The translations under genes and the position numbers were made by a program. Source: Methanobacteriota archaeon (GTDB lineage Archaea; Thermoplasmatota; E2; JACPAO01; JAHWKR01). Taken from it: a stretch of DNA of 64,000 nt. Positions 31,110-41,445 of the stretch are shown piece by piece. The stretch spans positions 2,137 through 66,136 of the forward strand of contig JAHWKR010000002.1 in assembly GCA_019347805.1 (NCBI GenBank), written 5' to 3'. Every line of letters starts with the position of its first letter. Positions within the stretch are counted from its first letter, which is position 1. The notes beneath the pieces were generated by a model. That model was not told the DNA's origin, did not search any database, and worked only from the letters and a program-made list of their open reading frames with translations.

Positions 31110-31718
31110 TCAGCGCAGTCGCGGGGCGATGTAGGTGTCCGCCTCCTTGACCAGGAACGGGGCGAAGAGGGGCAGGGCGATATAGAGCGCGAAGAGGTCG
31201 GCGTCGCGCTCGGGATGCGGCGGTAACCGTCCTGCGGGGACCGCCGCTTGGGGATAGAGCGCGTCGAGGTCACCGGAGAGCACCTGGAACGGCCCATCGC
31301 GGCGGCCTGGACTTTTCTTCCATGCCTCGACACGGTCGAGGAGGACGTCGCGCGCCTGCGAGACGAGCGCGCCGAGGGTGGGACTGTCGGTCTCCTCCGG
31401 GACCACCTGCACCCCTTTGACCATGAGGAGGTCGCGCAGGCCGATGACCTGGCTGAGGAACATGCGGTCGGGATGGAGCACCTCGATGCCGATCAGGTCA
31501 CCGTGGCCCGGGCCCTCCAGCGGCGACGGGTCACCGGTCACGCCTTCCACCATCGTCTTGGCGTACTCGATGGCGTCCGTGAGCACCTGCGCGGCGGGAA
31601 GGTGCGCCATCTCCGCGAAGGCGCCGTCGCCGACGAGTTCGTCGACCGTGGCTTGGCCAAGGGCGTGGAGGGCCTTGGGTGGGAGTTGGCACGACGGACT
31701 GTACACGAGGTCGGACAT
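31110..31718 (-). CDS. Hypothetical protein (possible DinB/MDMPI-like helical bundle)
   Basis: Start taken at the internal ATG (MSDLVYSPSC...). Weak pattern only. Confidence 0.35.
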   Translation of the reverse strand: MSDLVYSPSCQLPPKALHALGQATVDELVGDGAFAEMAHLPAAQVLTDAIEYAKTMVEGVTGDPSPLEGPGHGDLIGIEVLHPDRMFLSQVIGLRDLLMVKGVQVVPEETDSPTLGALVSQARDVLLDRVEAWKKSPGRRDGPFQVLSGDLDALYPQAAVPAGRLPPHPERDADLFALYIALPLFAPFLVKEADTYIAPRLR

Positions 31719-31915
31719 GGGCGCCGGGGCCGCGAGTGGTCCGCCTCTATTAAACGGGTCGGGCCGACGACGGTGCAGCGGGTCGCGAACGGACCGGACG
31801 CTTGACATCAGCGACGGCGCGATGGCCGAAGGGTCCGGTGGCGGACCACGACGACGCGTCCCCCAACCCTTATGACCGAATCGCGCCTCGCCGCGCCCTG
31901 AGGCCGCGCCTCGGA

Positions 31916-33049
<1,134 letters not shown>

Positions 33050-33067
<18 letters not shown>

Positions 33068-33124
33068 GTCAGGAGTCGTCGTGCTGTGTGCGCTTCGCCT
33101 GCCCGCAGCCGAAGCGAGCATCGC
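33050..33124 (+). repeat. ~75-bp hairpin element, copy 1 (spans the ACAD stop codon and downstream hairpin)
   Basis: CGCCTCCTGGACCTGTAGGTCAGGAGTCG..CTGTGTGCGCTTCGCC..CGAAGCGAGCATCGC. A near-identical inverted copy lies at 39171..39242. Confidence 0.7.
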
Positions 33125-33322
33125 CAGACGTCTCCTCGAAGCGGCACCTTGATCGTCCCTGGAGCGGACGCGTGACAAGGTCCGGGCCAGACACACCAAC
33201 GCGGACACCTTTCGGTCGGCCGATATGTGTCGACCCGCGAGGGACAGGACTATCTTCCGTGACATCGGACACGCCACCGAATGGTCCACCGCGGCCGCAA
33301 GGGACCGAAGTTCGTACTCTCC

Positions 33323-34312
33323 ATGGTCGTCCTACTCGTCCCGCTCTCGGGCTGTATGGGTGGCTCCGCGGGACCCGCTGAAGAGGAGGCGGGACGGCTT
33401 GTCATCGAACTGGCGACCATCGGGTCCCCGGCATCGGCACGCCTCTATCTCGATGGTCTCTCGGTCCATCTCGAGGACGAAGACGGCCCCACGCTCCAGG
33501 TCGACCCGGCCCGCCGTATCGGACTCGAGGAGGAAGGGCCCGTCGTTCGTCTTGCCGACATCGAGACCGCACCGGGCCATTATGACAACGTGGGACTCTA
33601 TCTGGAGGCGGCGGCATCCGTCCTGGGCGACGGATGGCACGCCGTGTCGCCGGAGCCCCGGCGGGTGACAGAGCCAGCGCCCTTCGCGGTCCTTTCCGGC
33701 ACGACCACCCATCTCCGGCTCGTCCTCGATCTCACCGGCTCGGGCGAATGGCTCCTCTTCGACCGCCTGCCGCTCAGGCTCGACCACGTCGAGGTCTCGT
33801 ACCACGATGACGCGGAGACCGCGCCGGAGGACACGTTCCGGGTATCTGCCGCGGCGTCGGGCGGCACGGTCGCCGTGGATGCGGAATCGGCGGACGACGA
33901 GGCGCGCTTCACGCTCTATGTGGACGCGACCGACGCCGCCGAGCCGGTGCGGATCGAGACCGACGGCATCTGGTTGCGCACGGCGGGCGAGGGCGGCTGG
34001 GTGCAGGTCGGGACGACGCAAAGCCGGGTCGACCTCGGGCCGGACACCCCGGAGCGGTCGCTCGTCGTCGACGCCTCAGTGCCCGCCGGCCGCTACGACG
34101 CGGTCCGCTTGGGTCTCGGTGCCGCGTGGGCGGGCTCGAATGAAGACCGCCGGCCCCTCGAGCACCCCGCGACGACCCTGGAAGAAGGCCTCGCCCTCGA
34201 CCTCGCTCCCGACGCCGAAGTGAGCCTGGTACTCACGCTCGACCTGGAGGAGAGCCGCTCGGGGGACCGCCTCGACCCGGTCTGGAGCGGCGCGACCGTG
34301 GCCTACAGATAG
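33323..34312 (+). CDS. Lipoprotein, unknown
   Basis: MVVLLVPLSGC lipobox, then a beta-rich repetitive domain. Confidence 0.5.
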   Translation: MVVLLVPLSGCMGGSAGPAEEEAGRLVIELATIGSPASARLYLDGLSVHLEDEDGPTLQVDPARRIGLEEEGPVVRLADIETAPGHYDNVGLYLEAAASVLGDGWHAVSPEPRRVTEPAPFAVLSGTTTHLRLVLDLTGSGEWLLFDRLPLRLDHVEVSYHDDAETAPEDTFRVSAAASGGTVAVDAESADDEARFTLYVDATDAAEPVRIETDGIWLRTAGEGGWVQVGTTQSRVDLGPDTPERSLVVDASVPAGRYDAVRLGLGAAWAGSNEDRRPLEHPATTLEEGLALDLAPDAEVSLVLTLDLEESRSGDRLDPVWSGATVAYR

Positions 34313-34385
34313 GCGACAGGTCTGCCCAGGTCCCACTGGGCCCACCCCAAACGCTCAAATAGAGCCCTGAAGTGACCGCTCTCCG

Positions 34386-34553
34386 ATGGCGAAGAAGGAA
34401 AAGAACACCGGCTTCCAGGCGTCAGCGGGTCTCATCCGCTATTTCGACGCGGAGGAGAAGTCCGCCTTCCGCATCCACCCGAACGTGGTGATCGGGGTCT
34501 CCCTCCTCACCGCCGTGGCCATCTACGCCCTCAAGATCTTCTATCCGGTCTAG
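34386..34553 (+). CDS. secG: Preprotein translocase subunit Sec61-beta (archaeal SecG/Sbh1)
   Basis: 55-aa ORF absent from the track: MAKKEKNTGFQASAGLIRYFDAEEKSAFRIHPNVVIGVSLLTAVAIYALKIFYPV. It has the SAGLIRY motif and a C-terminal TM. Confidence 0.75.
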   Translation: MAKKEKNTGFQASAGLIRYFDAEEKSAFRIHPNVVIGVSLLTAVAIYALKIFYPV

Positions 34554-34685
34554 TACGGTCGGTGTCGCTGGCGACACCGTTTCCTGCACGTTTTGCGTCC
34601 CTGTCAGGCTGGGCGACCCGAACCGTGAAAAGGGGGGAGGGTTTCGGCGCCCATTGAATCCCCTTTCTCCCTAGGAGGAGTCTTT

Positions 34686-35453
34686 CTGGTCAAGATCGCT
34701 GTGTTCGTCAAGGAAGTGCCCGATGTCGCGCAGTTGCGCATCGACCCCGGATCGCGGGAACCGAAACTCGAAGGACTGCCCACCAAGGTCAACGACTTCG
34801 ACAAGAACGCCGTCGAGGAGGCCGTGCGCCTCAAGGAGAAAGCCTCCGGCTCGACCATCACGGTGTTCTCGGTGAAGGGCAAGAAGCTCAAGGAGACTGT
34901 CAAGGAACCGCTCGCGATGGGCGCCGATTCGGCCGTCGTTGTACCATTCGACGGTGCGCTGGACGGCCGCGGCACGGCGACCATCCTCGCCAAGGCGGTC
35001 GAGAAGCATGGCCCGTTCGATGTCGTCTTCGCCGGTGAGGTGTCGCTCGACGTCAATGCCGGTGAGGTCACCGCGCGCGCCGCCGCGCTCCTCGGCATGG
35101 AGTTCGTCTGGAACGCCAAGGAGGTCAAGGCGGTCGACGACGGCTCGATCACCCTGGTCCGCGATGCGGACGAGGACGAGGAGGTCAAGGTGCCTTTCCC
35201 GGTGCTCGTCACGATGAACGACGAGATGAACAACCCCCGCCTCCCGGCGCTCATGCAGATCCTCGCGGCGGGGAAGAAACCGATCACAGAAGAGTCGCTC
35301 GACTCGCTCGGCCTCTCCGTGGACGACCTCAAGCCGGTCGCCACGCTCCTCTCCAATAAGGCGCCCAAAACGGAGCGCAAGCACGTCATTTTCAGCGGAG
35401 AGGACCGCGAGGAGAAACTGGTCGAGGCCCTCAAACAGGAGGGGATCATCTGA
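34686..35453 (+). CDS. etfB: Electron transfer flavoprotein beta subunit
   Basis: The homologous N-terminus (L)VKIAVFVKEVPD starts at a CTG 5 nt after AGGAGGAG. The first canonical start is the GTG at 34701 (the track start), which would remove the conserved first beta-strand. Confidence 0.8.
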   Translation: MVKIAVFVKEVPDVAQLRIDPGSREPKLEGLPTKVNDFDKNAVEEAVRLKEKASGSTITVFSVKGKKLKETVKEPLAMGADSAVVVPFDGALDGRGTATILAKAVEKHGPFDVVFAGEVSLDVNAGEVTARAAALLGMEFVWNAKEVKAVDDGSITLVRDADEDEEVKVPFPVLVTMNDEMNNPRLPALMQILAAGKKPITEESLDSLGLSVDDLKPVATLLSNKAPKTERKHVIFSGEDREEKLVEALKQEGII

Positions 35454-36385
35454 ACGTCCTTGTCTTCTCCGACCATGCCTCCCTCCTCGTCGAGGCCCTG
35501 GCAGGGGCCCGGGCGGCGGCCGGCGACGGCAAGGTCCATGCCGCCACCGTCGACGCCGACCCCCAGAAGCTCATCCAGCACGGCGCGGACGTCGTCCATA
35601 CCCTCGAGCTGCCGGACCAGCACCCGGCGACGCTCGCCAAGGCGCTCACCGAGCTCGGAAAAGAGACCGACGCGAAGGCCGTCGTCATCGGCGCCTCGAA
35701 ACGGGGCAAGGCCTTCGCCGGGCTCCTCGCCCAAGGGTTCGACGCGGTCTACGCGGCCGAGGTGTCGTCGTTCGGCTCCGAGGATGGCAAGCCGAAGGCG
35801 GTCCGGATGCTCCTTTCGGGCAACACGAACGGCGAGTTCGTCTACAACGCCGAGCGCATCGTGGTGACCGCGAACCCGAAGACCTGGGAGCCGCTCGAGG
35901 CCGATTCCGGCCGCAGCGGCGAGACCAAGACCTTCTCGCTCGCCGAAAGCCCCTCCAAGGTCGAACTCGTGCAGGTGCACGAGAAGAAGGGTGAAGAGGT
36001 CGACCTGGCCCAGGCGAAGATCGTCGTCGGCGCCGGTCGCGGCTTCAAGAAACAGGAGGACCTCAAGCTCGCAAAAGACCTCGCCGAGCTTCTCGGTGGC
36101 GCCCTCGGCTGCTCCCGTCCGCTCGCCGCCGACCTCAAGTGGCTCGGCGAGGAGCACTGGATCGGGCTGTCGGGCAACGAGATCAAGCCCCGGCTCTACA
36201 TCGCCTGCGGCATCTCGGGCCAGATCCAGCACATCACGGGATGCCGTGGCGCCAAGACCATCGTCGCCATCAACCAGGACGAGGACGCGCCCATCTTCGA
36301 GCATGCCGACTACGGCATCGTCGGGGACGTCTACGACGTGCTCCCGAAGCTCGCGGACCACCTCAAGGCGAAGGTCACGAGCTGA
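35450..36385 (+). CDS. etfA: Electron transfer flavoprotein alpha subunit
   Basis: The homologous N-terminus (L)NVLVFSDHASLLVEAL begins at a CTG overlapping the etfB TGA (ATCTGA). No in-frame ATG/GTG/TTG occurs until codon ~104, which is the track start at 35762. The FAD-binding C-terminal domain is intact. Confidence 0.8.
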   Translation: MNVLVFSDHASLLVEALAGARAAAGDGKVHAATVDADPQKLIQHGADVVHTLELPDQHPATLAKALTELGKETDAKAVVIGASKRGKAFAGLLAQGFDAVYAAEVSSFGSEDGKPKAVRMLLSGNTNGEFVYNAERIVVTANPKTWEPLEADSGRSGETKTFSLAESPSKVELVQVHEKKGEEVDLAQAKIVVGAGRGFKKQEDLKLAKDLAELLGGALGCSRPLAADLKWLGEEHWIGLSGNEIKPRLYIACGISGQIQHITGCRGAKTIVAINQDEDAPIFEHADYGIVGDVYDVLPKLADHLKAKVTS

Positions 36386-36414
36386 TCCCCCCTCTCCCGC
36401 TCTTTCTCCCCTTC

Positions 36415-36421
36415 TTTTTTT
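36415..36421 (+). terminator. Oligo-T tract (T7) in a pyrimidine-rich run just after the etfA stop
   Basis: ...CTCCCCTTCTTTTTTTCTCGG matches the archaeal oligo-T terminator pattern. Confidence 0.4.
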
Positions 36422-36611
36422 CTCGGCTCCGGCTGACCTGTGCACCATTTCCCACCTGAAAGGCCACACTGTACGCCCGGCGAACGGTTTAGAGGCGCTT
36501 ATCTTCTCCTAAGTGTCTTGTTGGGGTGTCGGCCCCCGGCCCGCACGGACCTTTCCCCGCCCCCCGGCGGACGGGTCCCCGCGCACGGCGCCGACAGAAG
36601 GAGAACCCCCC

Positions 36612-36761
36612 ATGCGCATCGCAGGACACGTCGGCGACAAGGAACGGCTCGATGTTGAATTCATCCGCTCGGTCGGCATGGTCGCCCGCTGGGTGCACGA
36701 GATGGTCGACCCCCCGCACGCGGACGGTCCGGTCTCGCCACACTCCGGCCCTGCCGGATGA
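36612..36761 (+). CDS. Small ORF A (49 aa), paralog of small ORF B
   Basis: AAGGAGA lies 7 nt upstream of the ATG. MRIAGHVGDKERLDVEFIRSVGMVARWVHEM... GC3-rich codons. Confidence 0.45.
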   Translation: MRIAGHVGDKERLDVEFIRSVGMVARWVHEMVDPPHADGPVSPHSGPAG

Positions 36762-36831
36762 TCCCGCTCAAACCTTGTGTTTGGAGGTAGCTTCGGTAGG
36801 TGGCTGCCGCGGCTGGTACCGTAGCGGCCGT

Positions 36832-36878
36832 CCCCGCCCCGGGTCGCATCCCGCCAATACGCCTCACCCGGGGCGGGG
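36832..36878 (+). other. Perfect 12-bp GC stem (CCCCGCCCCGGG / CCCGGGGCGGGG) with a 23-nt loop
   Basis: Seen directly in the sequence, 70 nt downstream of small ORF A. Confidence 0.6.
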
Positions 36879-36984
36879 GCCTTCCCCCCTGTCCGACTCC
36901 CTACACAGCCCCCTTCAGACCCCTGTCTGCTGCCCAGCACGATCAACAGACCAGCATGGGACAACAAAAAGGGACACCAACCTT

Positions 36985-37012
36985 GGCGTCCGGCGCTTCG
37001 GCGCCGGACGCC
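36985..37012 (+). other. Perfect 12-bp stem with UUCG tetraloop (GGCGTCCGGCGC-TTCG-GCGCCGGACGCC)
   Basis: Seen directly in the sequence. An extremely stable hairpin. Confidence 0.6.
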
Positions 37013-37203
37013 TCCATGCGGTCGTTTCATGACGGACTTCTGCCCCGGTCCTGCCCGCGGGACCAAGGACCAGCGAAAACAGGGAAATAGGATAGAACGC
37101 GGTGCGGGGGGACGGGATGCTCATGACCGCTCGTACACCACCGAAGGGACCGACAACGCCCGTCCAACAACACGCTATAACCCCCACGGACGAGCCTAAG
37201 GTG

Positions 37204-37350
37204 ATGACAAGCATCCGTGTCGCTGGCCTGGTCGGGGAAGAGAACGCCGTCGAACTCAAGCGCATCGCCTCCATGATGGAGGTCGCCGCTTGGATCCACC
37301 GCGTCTCCAGCTCCGGACCGACCGAGGAATGGGTCGGCCCCGAAGCCTAG
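37204..37350 (+). CDS. Small ORF B (48 aa), paralog of small ORF A
   Basis: MTSIRVAGLVGEENAVELKRIASMMEVAAWIHRV...; about 40% identical to ORF A over 30 residues. AAGGTG precedes the ATG. Confidence 0.45.
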   Translation: MTSIRVAGLVGEENAVELKRIASMMEVAAWIHRVSSSGPTEEWVGPEA

Positions 37351-37468
37351 GCCGAAGCCCTCTTTCCGCTCTTCCAGGTCACCACCGTTTTTGGACCGCT
37401 CGTCGGTCACGCTCGATCGTCGAGCGTGGGCGCTCGCGCTCTCCCATCACGAGGCGCCAAGCCGGTGC

Positions 37469-39016
37469 CTACCGGCGCTCAGGCCGGAACTGCCAGCCTT
37501 CCGTCTCGCGGGGCATGACCCGCCGGCCGCGTACCTGCGACGAGGAGAGGACCCGGCAAAGGCGCTCCATCTCCCGGGCCGGCACCTCGGCGACGGTCAT
37601 GCGGTCCAGGATGTCGATGCGGCCGATGTCGTCGCGCCCGAGGCCACCTTCGTTGATGAGCATCCCGACGATGTCGCCCGGTTTGACGTTGTCGACCCGG
37701 CCGACCTTCAATCCGAGCGGTGCCGTCGCCCCGGCATCCGCCACGGTCTCCTCTTCGCTCTCCTCCTCGGCGAAGGTGAGCCATTCGAGGGCGCGGATGG
37801 CGATGTCCTCGGCGCTCAGGCCTCGGTCGAGCGCCTTGGCGTACGCCTCCTCGGCGGTGGCGGTCGGTTCGATCGCCTCCAGGGTCTCGATGACCCGGGT
37901 CGAGCGGGCGGTGACCAGTTGGGCGTCACTCGGGACCTGGTAGTGGATGAGGTTCCCGGTCGCGCGCTCGACCGCCTTGATGCGGCGCACGTTGTTCGGG
38001 GTGACGAACAGGATCGACATCCCTTCCCGGCCGGCGCGCCCGGTGCGGCCGATGCGGTGGATGTAGGTCTCGTGGTCGTTCGGAGGCTCGTCATGGAGGA
38101 CCAGTCCGATCTCTTCGACGTCGAGGCCGCGGGCGGCGACATCGGTGGCGACAAGGAGCGGCGCCCGGCCGGAGCGGAAGCGCTCCATGACCTGGTCGCG
38201 TTGTGCTTGGGCCATACCGCCGTGCAGCGCCTCGGCGCCGAGCCCGGCGAGGTCCTTGGTGAGGTCCTCGACGCGCGCCCGCGTGCGGCAGAACATGAGC
38301 GTCGCCTCGGGCTGTTCCATGTCGAGGATGCGCCGGATGGCGTCGACCTTGTCCTTGTTGCGGACGATGGCATAGCCTTGGGTGACGCTCGTCGCCGCGC
38401 CACCGGTGCCGGTGCGGATCGTCTCCGGGTCGTGCAGTGTGCGCTTGGCAAGGCGCTCGATGGAGGGCGACAGGGTCGCTGTGAACAGCATGGTCTGCCG
38501 CTCTTTCGGCAAGGAACCGACGATGCGGTCGACCTCCTCCTGGAACCCCATGCTGAGCATCTCGTCGGCCTCGTCCAAGACGAGGAGAGCCATCCCGTCG
38601 AGCTTCAACGTGCCGCGTTCCAGGTGGTCGACGACGCGGCCGGGCGTTGCGACGAAGATGGCGTCCGGGTGGCGCTGGATGGCGCGCACCTGTTCGCCGA
38701 AGCTCGCGCCGCCGATCAGGCAGACGACGTCCACCTGGCTGCCGTGGGCGATGGCCTGCAGTTCGCGCTGCACCTGCTTGGCCAGTTCCCGCGTCGGCGT
38801 CAGCACGATGCCACGGCGGCCGGCGCGGCTCGCCTCGATGAGGGTGATGCCGAACGCGGCGGTCTTGCCGGTCCCGGTCTGGGCTTGGGCGATGACGTCC
38901 CGTCCCTTCAGGAGGGCTGGGAGGGTCTGTTCCTGCACCGGGGTGGCGACCTCGAAGCCCATGGCCTCCAGTGCCAGCTCGGTCGATTCATGCAGGCCGA
39001 ACTCGTTGAACCGCAT
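37469..39016 (-). CDS. DEAD-box ATP-dependent RNA helicase with C-terminal DbpA-type RNA-binding domain
   Basis: Q-motif, AQAQTGTGKT, DEAD, SAT and HRIGRTGRAG motifs. C-terminal LKVGRVDNVKPGDIVGMLINEGGL. Confidence 0.85.
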   Translation of the reverse strand: MRFNEFGLHESTELALEAMGFEVATPVQEQTLPALLKGRDVIAQAQTGTGKTAAFGITLIEASRAGRRGIVLTPTRELAKQVQRELQAIAHGSQVDVVCLIGGASFGEQVRAIQRHPDAIFVATPGRVVDHLERGTLKLDGMALLVLDEADEMLSMGFQEEVDRIVGSLPKERQTMLFTATLSPSIERLAKRTLHDPETIRTGTGGAATSVTQGYAIVRNKDKVDAIRRILDMEQPEATLMFCRTRARVEDLTKDLAGLGAEALHGGMAQAQRDQVMERFRSGRAPLLVATDVAARGLDVEEIGLVLHDEPPNDHETYIHRIGRTGRAGREGMSILFVTPNNVRRIKAVERATGNLIHYQVPSDAQLVTARSTRVIETLEAIEPTATAEEAYAKALDRGLSAEDIAIRALEWLTFAEEESEEETVADAGATAPLGLKVGRVDNVKPGDIVGMLINEGGLGRDDIGRIDILDRMTVAEVPAREMERLCRVLSSSQVRGRRVMPRETEGWQFRPERR

Positions 39017-39170
39017 CGTTTTCCCTCGGCCGGACGCGTGCCGGCGCTCTGGCCGACAAGGAAGGGGTATATGGCCTCTGGGGCCGAGGAGGGGGGACGT
39101 GGGTCATCTCGGGACCGATGCGAGGTCTTGGGCGGAGCGGCTTGGTCGACCACAGGTCGAGCAAGCGCCT

Positions 39171-39242
39171 TGCGATGCTCGCTTCGCCTTGCAGGCGAAG
39201 CGCACACAGCGCGGCGACTCCTGACCTACAGGTCCAGGAGGC
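39171..39242 (-). repeat. ~75-bp hairpin element, copy 2 (inverted relative to copy 1), ~50 nt downstream of the second ACAD
   Basis: Its reverse complement reads GTCGCCTCCTGGACCTGTAGGTCAGGAGTCGCCGCGCTGTGTGCGCTTCGCCTGCAAGGCGAAGCGAGCATCGC. Confidence 0.7.
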
Positions 39243-39292
39243 GACAAGCTCATGCAACCGCAGGGCGCATCAAGCGAGAGCGCCGCACGAGG

Positions 39293-40438
39293 CTAAAGGC
39301 CGAGAAGGCGCCGAGCTATGACCGTCCGCTGGATCTCGCTCGTCCCTTCATAGATCTCGGTCACCTTGGCGTCGCGGTAAAGGCGCTCGGCGCAATAGTC
39401 GCGCGTGTAGCCGTTGCCGCCATGGAGTTGGACGGCCTTGTCGGTGACCCAGCGGGCGGTCTCGGAGGCGTGCACCTTGGCCATCGAGGCGATCTCCGGA
39501 GGAAGGGCCCCTTGGTCGAGTTTTGAGGCGGCGTCCAGTGTCAAAAGGTGGCTCGCCTCGGTCTTGAGATGCATGTCGGCGAGCATGAACTGGACCGCTT
39601 GATGGTCGGCGATGGGGACCCCGAACTGGACGCGTTGTTTCGTGTAGGCGACGGTGGAGTCGACGGCGCGCATGGCGATGCCGACCGCCTGTGCGGCGAC
39701 ACCGATACGGGAGGCGTTCAGGGTCACCATGAGGTGATAGAAGCCTTTGCCCGTCTCGCCGAGGAGCGCTTCGGGCGGGAGACGGACGTCGTCGAAGACG
39801 ACGGGTGTGGTGGAGGAGGCGCGCAGCCCCATCTTGTCCTCGGGGGGTCCGGGTTGGACGCCGTCGAGTTCGCGCGGCACGAGGAAGAGGCTGATGCCTT
39901 TGTGTCCCTCGGCCGACGGGTCGGTCTTGGCGGCGACGACGAAGAGTCCGGCGTGGCCGCCGTTGGTGATCCATTGTTTGGTGCCGTTCAACACCCAGCC
40001 GTCGCCGCTCTTTTCCGCCTTGGTCTTGATGGCGGAGACGTCGGACCCGGCGTGGGGTTCGCTGAGGCAGAACGCACCCATGCGTTCGCCGCTCGCGAGC
40101 TGCGGCAGCCATTCTTTCTTCTGTTCCTCGGTGCCGAAGTCGACGATGGGGGTGGTCCCGACCGAGGCGTGCACGCCGAGCGTGATGGAGGTGGAGGCGT
40201 CGGCCCACGCGAGTTCCTCCATGACGAGGGCCATCGCCACCTTGCTGATGTCGGCGCCGCCGTACGCTTGAGGGATGAGCATCCCGGTGAGGCCGAGCTT
40301 GGCGAGGTCCTGGAACTCTTCCTCGGGGAAGCGTTTGTTCTCGTCCATCTCGTGGGCGCGCGGCTCGAGCGTGGTGCGGGCCCATTGGCGCACCGTCTTC
40401 TGGATGAGCGCCTCCTCTTCGGTGAGCTGGAAATCCAT
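39293..40438 (-). CDS. Acyl-CoA dehydrogenase (paralog)
   Basis: [20 protein letters not shown]..., with [11 protein letters not shown] and ...[20 protein letters not shown]. Confidence 0.85.
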   Translation of the reverse strand: MDFQLTEEEALIQKTVRQWARTTLEPRAHEMDENKRFPEEEFQDLAKLGLTGMLIPQAYGGADISKVAMALVMEELAWADASTSITLGVHASVGTTPIVDFGTEEQKKEWLPQLASGERMGAFCLSEPHAGSDVSAIKTKAEKSGDGWVLNGTKQWITNGGHAGLFVVAAKTDPSAEGHKGISLFLVPRELDGVQPGPPEDKMGLRASSTTPVVFDDVRLPPEALLGETGKGFYHLMVTLNASRIGVAAQAVGIAMRAVDSTVAYTKQRVQFGVPIADHQAVQFMLADMHLKTEASHLLTLDAASKLDQGALPPEIASMAKVHASETARWVTDKAVQLHGGNGYTRDYCAERLYRDAKVTEIYEGTSEIQRTVIARRLLGL

Positions 40439-40483
40439 GGCGGCGGAGGCCCATCCTGGGACGATTGATGAAGGTTTGGCCGG

Positions 40484-41308
40484 CTATTCGCCGGTGAACT
40501 CGGCTTTGCGCTTGTCGAGGAAAGCGGCGATGCCTTCGGCGTGGTCGTCCGTGGAGAAGAGGAGTCCGAAGCTCTCGGCCTCCATCGACCCGGCGGTGCG
40601 CTTGTCGAGCTCGTAGCCCTGGTTGACGAGGCGTTTCACGGTCTCGAGGGCGATGGGGCCGTTGCCGAGGATCTCTTTCATCTTCTCCTTGGCGCGCTCA
40701 AGAAGCGCATCGGGGGCGACGACCTCGACGGCGAGGCCGATGCGGAGCGCCTCTTGGGCGTCGACGGTGCGGCCGGAAAGGAGCAGTTCCTTGGCCCGTG
40801 CGGTACCCACGAGGCGCGGCAGCCTCTGGCTTCCCATGAAGCCGGGCACGAGGCCGAGCTTCGCTTCGGGTTGCCCGAAGACCGCCTTCTCGCTCGCCAG
40901 GATGAAGTCGCAGGCCATGGCGAGTTCGCAGCCGCCGCCGAGACAGTAGCCGTTCACCGCGGCGATGACCGGCATGCGCGATTCTTCGAGCTTGAAGAAC
41001 GCGGCTTGGCCCATGCGCGAGAAATCGGCTGCGGTGAGGGGGTCGATCTCCGACATCCATTCGATGTCGGCGCCCGCGACGAACGCCTTGCCCGCCCCGG
41101 TGACGATGAGCCCGCCGACGTCAGGGTCCTCTTCCAGGATGTCGAGCACCGCGTGGAGCTCTTCGAGCGCCTCGGCGGAGAGCGCGTTCAGCTTGTCCGG
41201 CCGGTCGAGCGTCAACACGGCGACACCGTCCTCGATCTCGACATGGAGTGTATCGAAGACGGGCGTGCTGGGGGCTTCCTCTGCGGTCATGGCGGATCCT
41301 TGCTCCAT
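40484..41308 (-). CDS. Enoyl-CoA hydratase/isomerase (crotonase family)
   Basis: Crotonase motifs (VAVLTLDRPDKLNAL, TGAGKAFVAGADI, AAVNGYCLGGGCELAMACD). Start is the internal ATG at ~41308 or 41290. Confidence 0.8.
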   Translation of the reverse strand: MEQGSAMTAEEAPSTPVFDTLHVEIEDGVAVLTLDRPDKLNALSAEALEELHAVLDILEEDPDVGGLIVTGAGKAFVAGADIEWMSEIDPLTAADFSRMGQAAFFKLEESRMPVIAAVNGYCLGGGCELAMACDFILASEKAVFGQPEAKLGLVPGFMGSQRLPRLVGTARAKELLLSGRTVDAQEALRIGLAVEVVAPDALLERAKEKMKEILGNGPIALETVKRLVNQGYELDKRTAGSMEAESFGLLFSTDDHAEGIAAFLDKRKAEFTGE

Positions 41309-41445
41309 GGGGGGCACCGGGGCTCGATGCGAGGGGGGCTGGAAAGGGTTTGGGTGCGATGGAGCCATCCCACGTGGAGGCGGAGACATGTCCGACCCCG
41401 CTACCCGTTTGCCTAAGGCGGGGAACCGGCACCTCCTCGTCGTCG

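Noticed and set aside
37201-37207. GUGAUGA C-box-like motif suggesting a C/D sRNA
   Set aside because: No matching D box or terminal stem, and the motif coincides with the start codon of small ORF B.
37391-39526. 711-aa + strand ORF
   Set aside because: Antisense to the DEAD-box helicase. No domain features.
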